Made by a program: the position numbers and the translations under genes
The notes under the pieces: generated by a model
Told to the model about the DNA's origin: nothing
The model's database searches: none
The model's input: the letters and a program-made list of their open reading frames with translations, nothing else
Source of the DNA: the human T2T-CHM13v2.0 reference genome, Homo sapiens
Direction: 5' to 3' (one strand)
DNA: 64,000 nucleotides
Assembly: GCF_009914755.1 (NCBI RefSeq)
Contig: NC_060930.1
Shown here: positions 54,660 through 64,000 of the stretch, one piece after another
Position numbering within the stretch: position 1 is the stretch's first letter
Layout of the letters: every line of letters starts with the position of its first letter

Positions 54660-55308
54660 TGTACCAGTCAGGGTCTGGTTGAGTGAAAACCCACACCAGC
54701 CATCTTACAGGGAGAAACGAACATAAAGGATTGTAGAACCGAAAATGCAAAAGGGGAACACCCCAGTTTCATGAATGTAACAACAGCAGAAAGTAGCTCT
54801 CACCCCTAGGGCTGGGGGAGCAAAAGAAAGAGGTTGGAAATTATTGAATTTTAGAAGATTAAAGTAGGGAGATGAGGCTTCCTGCAATGCGGGAAGTAGA
54901 GGATATATTGGAGGGGAATAAAAATGAATGAAGGCAGAAGGACCAGTGAATGCCTGAATGAAATGCGTGCCTGTGAGAATGGAGAGGAGAGAGGAGATTT
55001 GAGGGAGACTGGGAGGTTAGTCTCAGACAACTAAGAAGGAGGCACCTGTAGCTGATGCTGGTGTTTCTGAAGGAATGTGATGAGCTGGGGCTGGTCTGCA
55101 AGGCAAACAGGAAACAGCATCCAGATTCCTTCTTCCTCTTCCTGCTGTCCAGGAAACCTCCCGTGTCTCCTATTGTCAGAACACAACAAGGATCCAGGGA
55201 CCAAAGCACAAAAGTGTTTTGCAGGGTCCTTGCACCAGTGTCACGAACCAGAGGAAGAGGGTGATTTGGAGCTGAGGAAATAGCTTGACAATAGCTTGAT
55301 AACTGGCA
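54660..55308 (-). mobile_element. Ancient ERV LTR (LTR78/79-like; family uncertain)
   Basis: tgtaccagtcagggtctgg...cacccctagggctgggggagcaaaagaaagaggttggaaattattg...ctcccgtgtctcctattgtcagaac. Confidence 0.5.
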
Positions 55309-55329
55309 TGATATTGAAATATTTAGATA

Positions 55330-55822
55330 TTTGTTGTTCATTGCCTCTTCTTCCACTTGAGAGTTAGCTCTAAGAGGGTAGGGATTTTTGTTTTGTTCAT
55401 TGCAATATCACCTACATCAAAACAGTCTCTAACAAACAGCAAGAACTCATTGCAGTCAGGTGTCACTAACAACAGGGTTATGCTCCGAGAAATGCGTCGT
55501 TAGGTGATTTCATCGTTGTGCGGACATCATAAAATGTGCTTACCCAAACCTAGATGATATAGCCTACTACACACCCAGGCTATATCGTATAGCCTATTGC
55601 TCCTAGGTGACAAGCCCGTACAGCATATTACTGTACTGAATACTGTAGGCAACTGTAACATAATGGTAAATATTTGTCTACCTAAGCATATATAAACATA
55701 GAAAACGTACAGTAAAAATATGGTATTATAACCTTACGGGACCACTGTCGTATACGCAGTCTATTGTTGACCAAAACGTCATTATGTGGCACCACTATAG
55801 GTAAATGTCAAATTAATGAATT
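55330..55822 (+). mobile_element. L2 3' tail (split by Tigger3a)
   Basis: agctctaagagggtagggatttttgttttgttcattgcaatatcacc...aactcat | aaatgtcaaattaatgaa. Confidence 0.6.
55453..55797 (+). mobile_element. Tigger3a-like TcMar-Tigger non-autonomous element, near full length
   Basis: gagaaatgcgtcgttaggtgatttcatcgttgtgcg...tagcctactacacacccaggcta...gggaccactgtcgtatacgcagtc...gaccaaaacgtcattatg. Confidence 0.9.
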
Positions 55823-55905
55823 AGTATCATCACCCAAAACAAAATATGAAAATCAAAAGCTATAGCAAAATATACTCTCCAAAATATTAATACCTCTTAG
55901 CCAAT

Positions 55906-56285
55906 GTACTAGTTAGAGTTAGGTTTGGCTTTCAGTACCAGAAAAGTCAAAATGGTAGTGGCTTAACCATGAAGGCACTTGCTCACCAAAAAGAAACCCA
56001 GACGTCATCAGTTCAAGGGCTGATGTGGCCCTCCATCCATAGTGCTAAGGGCCCAGGCTCCTTCTCGGTTGTTCTGCTAGTCTTAGCTCCGCATCACGGT
56101 CCACTGTGGCTGCTCCACCCCAGCCATCCCATTAGCATTCCAGCAACAAAAAAGAGAAAAAGCACATCCAGAAGTTAGTCACGTGGTCCACATCCAGCTG
56201 GGAGAAAAATAACATTCTGAGTGGCCATGAGCCCACCTAAAACTCATGTCCTAGGTAGACTACAGAAGAGGTGAGAATGAATGTT
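55906..56285 (-). mobile_element. MaLR LTR (MLT1J-like)
   Basis: tagtggcttaacc...gggcccaggctccttctc...tggctgctccaccccagccatc...ttagtcacgtggtccacatccagctg. Confidence 0.65.
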
Positions 56286-56774
56286 CTAATTCTCATCATT
56301 TTCATGAACCACATTTATAGAGAGAGAGCAAGACAGAGACTCAAAGAACAGCTGCATGTGGAAGGAAAATGTTGACATTTATGATGACTGTGAGATCCTT
56401 GCATTGGATAAATTCTCGGAGCAATTGGACTTAGTGTAACATCAGTGTAACACCTTAAAATAATAACACGAGGTGTCTTTGCATACATGGAGAACCACTG
56501 CCTAGCAAATCATATTTATTTTCTTCCTTTCGTATATGTAACAAAGAAGAGAATTTCTCGACACTTGCTGTGGTGGAGTATGCATTCATTGTGTCTGCAA
56601 TTTCTTGTATATGACTATCTTTTCTAATTTCTCCACACTAAACATGTGAACATATACTGCTTGTGTAATAAAAACTTTTTTATAAAACATACACACAGTA
56701 CAGTAGTTGTTTCCAATTCTCTTAGCTACAGAATGAGTCGATCTTTTTCATATCAAATTACTTTTCAAAGTGAC

Positions 56775-56930
56775 CTAGTGGACTAAGCATGAGTCTGGGA
56801 GCTGGAAACCCTCCAAATCTTTATCAAAGTACAAGGGGCTCCTGCTGTGGAACCTTTGCTATTCCTTTATCCCCTCTGAATCTTAGGTTCCTTGTGCAAT
56901 ACATAAGTATACTCAGGGATATTGAGTTGA
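56775..56930 (+). mobile_element. MIR fragment
   Basis: ctagtggactaagcatgagtctgggagctgg...cctctgaatcttaggttcctt. Confidence 0.4.
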
Positions 56931-57263
56931 ATTGATTAGCATTCTCTGGGACTACAAAGACATAACATTGTTTTTATTTAAGGTTGTTGAAAATTGAGTC
57001 TGAGGCATAATACCTAAATAAAAGCTGTTTCATTAGCCTTTGTGCTGCGAATAAAATGATACATCCTTTGAGTAAATTGTAAATAGCAGAGTTTCAACAA
57101 GCCAAAGCCTCACAGCCTAGGACCTATTTTCTCCTATTTGACGTGGTGAAAGAAGTTACGCTAGGTTATCAACAACCTAGTGCTATGAATTATGTGTATG
57201 TGATAGATACCATTTTTAAATTGAATACTTTTATTAAAAATTCACTGTATTATTCTTTTTTCC

Positions 57264-58248
57264 TTTTTTATATTAAGGTTCAATTTACAGAAGATTAAAG
57301 TAGATTTTTACCCTTTTTATTGTGCAGTTCTTCAAGTTTTGAAAAGTGTATAGAGTTGTGTAACCACCACCAGGATGCAATAGTTAAGTAAAACAGTTAC
57401 ATCACCCTAAAAAATTCCTTTTCACCCCTTTGCAATCCACTCCTCTCCCTACCCCAGCCCCTGGCAACCATTGATTGGTTATCTGTCCTTGTAGTTTTAC
57501 CTTTGCAAGATTATCATGTATCATTCGTTTCATAAGGTGAAATCATACAGGATAAGGTCTTTGCCTTCTTTCACTTGGTATATATGAGATATAGCCATGT
57601 TGTTGCATATATCTGTAATTCGTTTCTTTTATTGCTAAGTAGTATTCAACTACATGAATGTATCACATTTTGTTTATCCATTGCCCAACTGAGTGACATT
57701 TGGTTGTTTCCAGTTTTTGGTGATTACAAACGAAGTCAATATAAAGATTCACATACAGATTTTTGTGTGGACATAGGTTTTCATTTCACGTGGGTAAATA
57801 CCTAGGAAAGAAATTGCTGGGTCCTACAGCAAGCATACATTTAACTTTACAAAAAGCTGCCAAACTGTTTTCCAAAGGGCTGTGCCATTTTGCAGCCACA
57901 TCAGCAATAGATGAGAGTTCCAATTGCTCCAAATTCTTGCTAATGTTTGATAATGTTGATTTTTGTTTATTTTAGCTATTCCAATTCAGTGTTTAATGGT
58001 ATTTGTGGTCTTGATTTGCATTTCCCTAATTATTAGCGATGTAAAACATCTTTTTATGTGCTTATTTGCCATCCATGTAGCTTCTTTGATCAAATGTTGG
58101 TTGAATTCTTCTGCTCATTTTTTAACTGGGCTCTATGGTTTTCCTATTATTGAGTTTTGAGAGTTCTTTACACTAGTTCTTTATCAGATATATGTTTTGC
58201 AAGTACTTCTTACCAGTCTGTGGCTTTTCATTTTCTTTACCACTGCAT
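57264..58248 (-). mobile_element. L1 (L1MB-like) 3' ~1 kb
   Basis: gttgtgtaaccaccacc...ccccagcccctggcaaccattg...catttggttgtttccagtttttgg...gggtaaatacctagg...ttgatttgcatttccctaat. Confidence 0.88.
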
Positions 58249-58264
58249 TATTCCTTTTTTTCTT

Positions 58265-58508
58265 TAGTTCAAGAGATCTATTGTATAGCACGATGACTAT
58301 AGTTAATAACAGTATATTGAATACTTCAAAACCGCTAAGAGAGTAGATTTTAAGTATTCTCACCACAAAAATAATGATAAGTATATGAGGTCATGAACAT
58401 GTTAATTAGCTAGATTTAACATTCTACAATCTATACATCTATCAAAACATCATGTTTTACACCATAAATATATATAATTTTTACTTGTCAATTTAAAAAG
58501 TAAAAATT
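58265..58508 (+). mobile_element. L1 (L1MA-like) 3' end
   Basis: agttcaagagatctattgtatagcacgatgactatagttaataac...gctaagagagtagattttaag...aaaacatcatgttttacaccataaatatatataattt. Confidence 0.9.
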
Positions 58509-58936
58509 AACACATTTTTAAAACAACATTTAGAATCCAGACCTTGCACATTTTCATCACAGATGCACATGGCACCAGTGATGTATTATCCAGAGCTTGG
58601 GGCAAGCCTCTCCGACGTACACATGGTCAACTCGCCCAGCTTTGTCTTTCAGTTTCTTCTCTTTTTTGGATCTAGAGGAAGTGTATCACATAAAAGAGTG
58701 GTGAAGATGACATAGAGGAGGTACTGTCTTGAAGGATTCTGGTCTTGAAGAGTGAGAAGTATTACTGATCCACTGCTGTTGCAAAAAACTGGGTAGTCAG
58801 AGGGTTACGGGGTGGTATAATAATGAAAGCCCTGAAGTTGGAATGAATCTGCTGCCATGTCGCTCTATCTCTCTGCACCTTATTCTTTTTTTTTTCATTT
58901 TGACTTAGTTGAAAATACTGTCAAAAATATTACTGT

Positions 58937-59157
<221 letters not shown>

Positions 59158-59219
59158 CTAGGGATGTAAATAATTTCATTGGTGTGCTAGTACATAACTT
59201 AATCTTACCTAAGGGTAAG

Positions 59220-59580
59220 AAAAAAGCTCTGCTCCATGAGGTCATCCAGAGACCCAGGTTCTTTCTAGCCTGTGGCTCTATTACCCTCGGGCCTATTGTT
59301 CTCATCTGTTAGTTAAAGTTAATTCACTCTCACTTTATCTGCATTTCTACCTGAGTGAAAAGAGAAGGCAGAGCACAAGCTACTTCCTTTTTAGGACATG
59401 ACCCAGAAGTTACAGGACATGACCCAGAAGTTACTAACATCCTTTTGGCCACATATTAGTTACCTATCTACAGCTAGCTGCTCAGAAAACTTGAAAATGA
59501 ACTATTTAGCTGGACAATCATGTGCTCTGCTTAAAACCCTACTCTATGGAAGAGTCTACGTAGGGGATCACATAGCAGTC
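59220..59580 (-). mobile_element. MaLR LTR (MLT1J-like)
   Basis: ctctgctccatgaggtcatccagagacccaggttctttctagcctgtggctct...ttttggccacatattagttacc. Confidence 0.6.
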
Positions 59581-60068
59581 CAGCATAGAGAGGAAATGGA
59601 GGTGTGGTAACTAAAATCAGATCTTCTTACTCATACTCACGGACAACCAGAAAGCAGAAGCTGCCTTTTGCAAACTCAAAGTTACTTTTGAGGTTAACGG
59701 AAAGTTGAATAAGATGTTCCTTTGCTCACTTCAAGCTGAAGACAGAAAGGAGTTAAGTGGCCTCACACTCTGAAGGACGCTGAGCATCAACAGTGTCAGA
59801 CGCCCACACAAAACCCACACCACACAGTCCCTAGCCCCACCCCCAACCCCCCAAAGACTGAGTTAGTGAAGTAAGAGGAAGTCATTGAGTAATTGCCCTT
59901 CTGAGGAATGTAATTTTCTGTTGTAAGAGGTCATTCCTTCCCCACCCTAGGAGAAAGGGAAAAAAACAGGTTATATCCCTTCTCAAAGATAAATGAACAA
60001 GGCTCAAGAAAACCACTTTAAAAAATTAGAGGAGTGTTTCTCATGCAGGAGCAATTTGGCTCCCCAGA

Positions 60069-60656
60069 TGGGATGACCAACAATTCCAGTCTAGGTTGGG
60101 ACTGAAGAGTTTCCCAGATGATTTCATTTCCTACTTTGGTTCTAACAAATTAGCACAAACGTAGGGACTTAAACAACGCAGACATATTATCTCACAGTTC
60201 TGGAGGTCAGAAGTCTCACTAGATTAAAATCAAGGTGGTGACAGGGTCATGTTCCTTTTGGAGGCTCTAGGAGAGAATCCACTTCTTGCCTTTTCCAACT
60301 TCTAGAGGCTGCCTGTATTCCTTGGCTCATGGCCCCTTCCATCTTCAAAGGCAGCAATTACATCGCTCCAACCTCTGCTCCTGTTGTCACGTTTCCTTCT
60401 CTGACTCTGACACTGCTGCCTCCTTCTTACAAGGATCCTTGTGATTACCATGTGCCCACCCAAATCATCCAGGATAATCTTCTCATCTCAAGATGCCTAA
60501 CTTAATCACACCCACAAAGTCCATTCTGTCATATAAGGTAGCATATTCACAGACTTGGGGGATTTGCCTGTGGTCAGCTTTAGGGAGACATTATTCTGCA
60601 TCCCTTACCAGTTCATGGGATTTTTAGACTTGACATCAGGAAAGTTGGTCACGCTA
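60069..60656. mobile_element. MER94/MER81-like hAT-Blackjack MITE, split by an MLT1 LTR
   Basis: Inverted termini tgggatgaccaac (60069) and gttggtcacgcta (ending 60656). Confidence 0.6.
60119..60610 (-). mobile_element. MaLR solo LTR (MLT1C/D-like)
   Basis: cttaaacaac...tattatctcacagttctggaggtcagaagtc...ggaggctctaggagagaatcc...atccaggataatcttctcatctcaagat. Confidence 0.88.
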
Positions 60657-60718
60657 TTGCCACAAAATCTTTGGCAATATCTGAAAACATTTTAGATTGT
60701 CACAATTGTCATCTAGTG

Positions 60719-60955
60719 CAGGGGTCCCCAACCCTGGGGCCACTGGAGCATGAATCCTATTGTGAACTGCACGTGAGGGATCTAGACTGTGCACTCTTCA
60801 TGAGAATCTAACGCCTTATCATTTGAGGTGAAAGAGTTTCATCCAGAAACCATCACCCCCACCCCCTTACCTCCCCACACCCTTCGCCCCATGTCCATGG
60901 AAAAATTGCCTTTCATGAAACTGGTCCCTGGCGACAAAAGCATCGAGGACCACTG
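60719..60955 (+). mobile_element. MER1B-like hAT-Charlie element (internally deleted)
   Basis: TIRs caggggtccccaacc ... gaggaccactg; 8-bp TSD atctagtg / atcgagtg. Confidence 0.87.
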
Positions 60956-62970
60956 ATCGAGTGGGTAGAGGCCAGGGATGCTGTTAAACATCCTGCAAGA
61001 TACTGGACAGCCCCTCGCAGCAAAGCATTATTCAGCCCAAAATGCCAAGGCTAAACTCAATATTAGAGGTACATAGAAAAGTCAAGAATGGCATCCTTAG
61101 ATGGTGAAATTGATGAGCTCCTCTCTGCCGAGCTGAGGTGGGAAAAAGAAGATGGAGGGAAATGGCAGGTCTTAGACAAGGGCAGCAGTGAGAGGCATGC
61201 GTTTCTATTCTTGGCATGGAACAAACATTTCAGTTTCCTGTGGGTTGAGTGGCTCTCGTGAAAACGGGCTGGGAGGAAGCTGCCCTGTCAGTGCCATGCT
61301 CTGAGGATCTGTCCACCAAGTGAGTGAACTCTGGCAGCAAGGGCAAACTGCCAGGGCCAGGTGCTGTGGAGGCTGGACCAGAGTGGGCCAGAGCAAGACT
61401 TTCCAAAAAGGGAACTGTGCAGTGGAGGAAGTGTCACATAGCCTCCTAAAACTTATTTGAAAAGTCTGTGGGCAAATCAGCCTCTGGATGCCTGCCGCAA
61501 AGACAGCATCCACAGCCCATCAGGTCATTGCAGCAAAAGAAGCTGTAACAACCAACATGAGGAGATTGGGATTGTGCCCCTACTTTGTCTCTGGTCCCTC
61601 AGAATGAAATGATGAAAGAAAACAGAAGGGCAGAACACACACCTTCCGTGTTCAATGTCCTTTCTGCCAGAAGTCTGACCTGTAATGGGACACAGAGAAA
61701 GTTTTACATGAGATGTGAGATTTGAGTTTAAACTGAACTAATTTCAATAAATTGGAAGTGACTAGAAAGGATCAGCCCAAGAGGTCTTAAAAATCTGCTG
61801 CTACTTAGTATAGCAAGAAGACTGGACAGATGGTAATGGAAAGCAGTGATTAGCGAAAAAATAATTTTATTCTTCTACCTCACCAAGTTGTCTTCAAAGT
61901 ATAATATTTCTATTGACCAATATCATTGGTGGGATCATAAAATGACCTCAATCCATAACTCAAAAGTGTGGTGGAATCTTGCCCCAGGGCCCAGAACCAT
62001 CAATTTTCCATGTGACATAAATAATATCGCATTAGAATTGCTATGGCTGGGTGGTCTTGCCCTCAGTCACCCAAAGGCCTCACAGGAGCAACTGACCCGG
62101 TTAAGGGATCCTGTTGCTAAAGTATGTCATGTGACCTGAGCACTTGCTCTCAGTAACGGAGTCACAGACTCTACAACCACATAGAAAATGTTTCTCTTGT
62201 TCCATAACTCTAACTGAAAGCAGCTTATTACCTTAGCTTTCCATACCCATATATTTGTTTATGGGAGGAGCCATACTGAAATATTATCATGGCTTTGTCC
62301 TCCCTGTATTTTTCCCTTTCTACCCTTTCAAGCAAGTAGCCAGACAATTTTATGCCCTGTGATAATGGGATGCCTAAGAAGTTACAGAGCCAAAAGCAGA
62401 AGCTTCCTGCAAGATAATTCCCTTTCTTTTGAAAAAGGCTAAGTTCTTTAAAGAGGCTACACTCATTGTCCTGGAGGAAAAGGTCCTTTGAGAAAGGGTA
62501 AAAAAAGAGTAATGATTTGGGCCTTCATTGAAAAAAGGAAGATCAGAGTTCCAGACAAAGTGAGGACCAAGGCAATGCTTCTGGAAGGCCCTAGGTAGTG
62601 CCTGATGCCAGAGTGGGGGCTGCACTTATACCCAGAGCTGGACCCTCTTCTCACCCCAAGTGTGGCACAAGGTCATAGAGCATTAGAACCGAAGAAGACC
62701 ACATGGGCTACGACTATGGGCATCTCTGCAGTAACCAGGCCAGAGAGAGAACCAGCTCCAGTGCCTTGGGGCTCCACAAGACCCCTGGACCCTGGTGTAG
62801 CCCTGAGCATAGGGCTCCAAGTATGTTAGAAACAGAATGTCTGGCTTCTCTCTCCACCCCACTGCAGGACAAGGGCTTAGAGTTGGATGAAGAAAACAAA
62901 GAACTGGAGGTGTGGACTGATATTGTAACAATATCCCATACATTTCCCTAATTTTTTTTCTCTTCTTCTG

Positions 62971-63063
62971 TTTTTTTTTTTTTTTTTTATTTTGAGTTGG
63001 AGTCTTGCTCTATTGCCCAGACTAGAGTGCAGTGGTGCTCACTGAGCCTTGAACTCCCTTGGG
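62971..63063 (-). mobile_element. Alu 3' fragment (tail plus ~70 bp of the right arm)
   Basis: Poly-T, then gagttggagtcttgctctattgcccagactagagtgcagtgg. Confidence 0.88.
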
Positions 63064-63065
63064 CG

Positions 63066-63084
63066 CGGGAGGGGGGAGAGAGAG

Positions 63085-63163
<79 letters not shown>

Positions 63164-63182
63164 AAAAGAAAAAAGAAAAGAG
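63066..63182. repeat. (GA)n-(GAAA)20 microsatellite
   Basis: Pure GAAA run at 63086-63165. Confidence 0.97.
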
Positions 63183-64000
63183 CACAATTATGAGGGATGG
63201 GGTATTTCAAAGGGACACAGGCACTCGCCAACGAAAGAAGCTCCAATGGTCAAGGCAGGAACAACTTGAGCAACAAAATAAATAAAGTAGTTGAATGATA
63301 ACTCAATATCCTTGAGACCATACTGATGTATATACCTTATTGAATAAATAAATTTATGGAGAAGAAGAGACAAATTTATCATGCAGAATAATTCCAAATA
63401 ATTTATGTAGATTCTTCCCCAAGAAGGTAGAGCATAACTTCTCACTCACTAACTGTGAGCTGTGCAGAGGGAGTTCTTTCAACACTATACTACAGAAGGG
63501 AGAAGAAAAAGTAACTTTTCAGTAGAGAAACCTGCAAACACTACCTCATCTGGGTGTTCAAACTCAGCATCAACAGTGATAAGTCATGTTGATGGTATGT
63601 GCTCTTGATGTGATGTGATGAGACTGTCACGTTGACTATGTGGTCTTTTTCCCAAAACCCATAACTCCAGCCTAATCAGGAGAAAAGCATCAAACAAATT
63701 CCAACAGTGGGACGTTTCCAAAATAACCTGATCGGTACTCCTCAAAACTGTCAAGGTTATCTGAGAAACTGCTAGCCTAGAGGAGATTATGAAGATATGA
63801 TGACTAAATGTAATGTGGTATCCTGGGTAGGATCCTGAAACAGAAAGAGGACATTAGGCATAACTGAAGAAATGAATAAAGTATGGACTTTAGTTAATAA
63901 TAATGTATTAATATTTGTTCATATAGTAACAAATACGCCACACCAGTGTAAGAGGTTAATAATAGGGAAAACTGGGTGTGGGTATATGAGAACTCTACTA
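63183..64000 (+). mobile_element. L1 (L1MC-like) 3' region, running off the window end
   Basis: atgcagaataattccaaataatttatgtaga...catcaacagtgataagtcatgttgat...tgactaaatgtaatgtggtatcctgg...aataaagtatggactttagttaataat. Confidence 0.85.

Larger units (their letters stand above)
60033..61055 (+). mobile_element. MER20 hAT-Charlie element, broken into three pieces by nested insertions
   Basis: agtgtttctca...gcaatttggctccccag (60033-60067); tttggcaatatctgaaaacattttagattgtcacaa (~60670-60718); gggtagaggccagggatgctgttaaacatcctgc...cagcccaaaatg (60956-61055). Confidence 0.8.

Noticed and set aside
57264-58508. Opposed L1 segments suggesting a twin-priming inversion
   Set aside because: Both segments contain their own 3' ends and look like different subfamilies (L1MB-like and L1MA-like), so they are two independent insertions.

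Overview
Primate (most likely human) nuclear genomic DNA, intergenic or deep intronic. I find no credible protein-coding exon, no rRNA, tRNA or CRISPR array, and no CpG island. Roughly half the window is interspersed repeat: about 18 Alu copies or monomers (J and S subfamilies, many with readable target-site duplications, TSDs), MIR, L2, L3/CR1, old L1 3' ends, MaLR/ERVL LTRs, DNA-transposon fossils (Charlie1a, MER58A, MADE1, MER63A, Tigger3a, MER20, MER1B and others), plus several microsatellites. The long ORFs in the supplied track are explained by Alus, simple repeats or chance. Family names come from my recollection of consensus sequences and need RepeatMasker/Dfam confirmation; boundaries of old elements are approximate. 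I cannot identify the locus and cannot support a wholly new biological system. The best leads are: (i) a repeat-poor block at ~10.5-20 kb containing a compact, correctly ordered DR1/CCAAT/CACCC/TATA promoter-like module on the + strand (13370-13597), with candidate non-coding + strand exons downstream (best: 31754-31924); (ii) a 14-unit pure GGAA microsatellite; (iii) a MADE1 hairpin; (iv) closely spaced inverted Alu pairs; and (v) several well-resolved nested transposon insertions.
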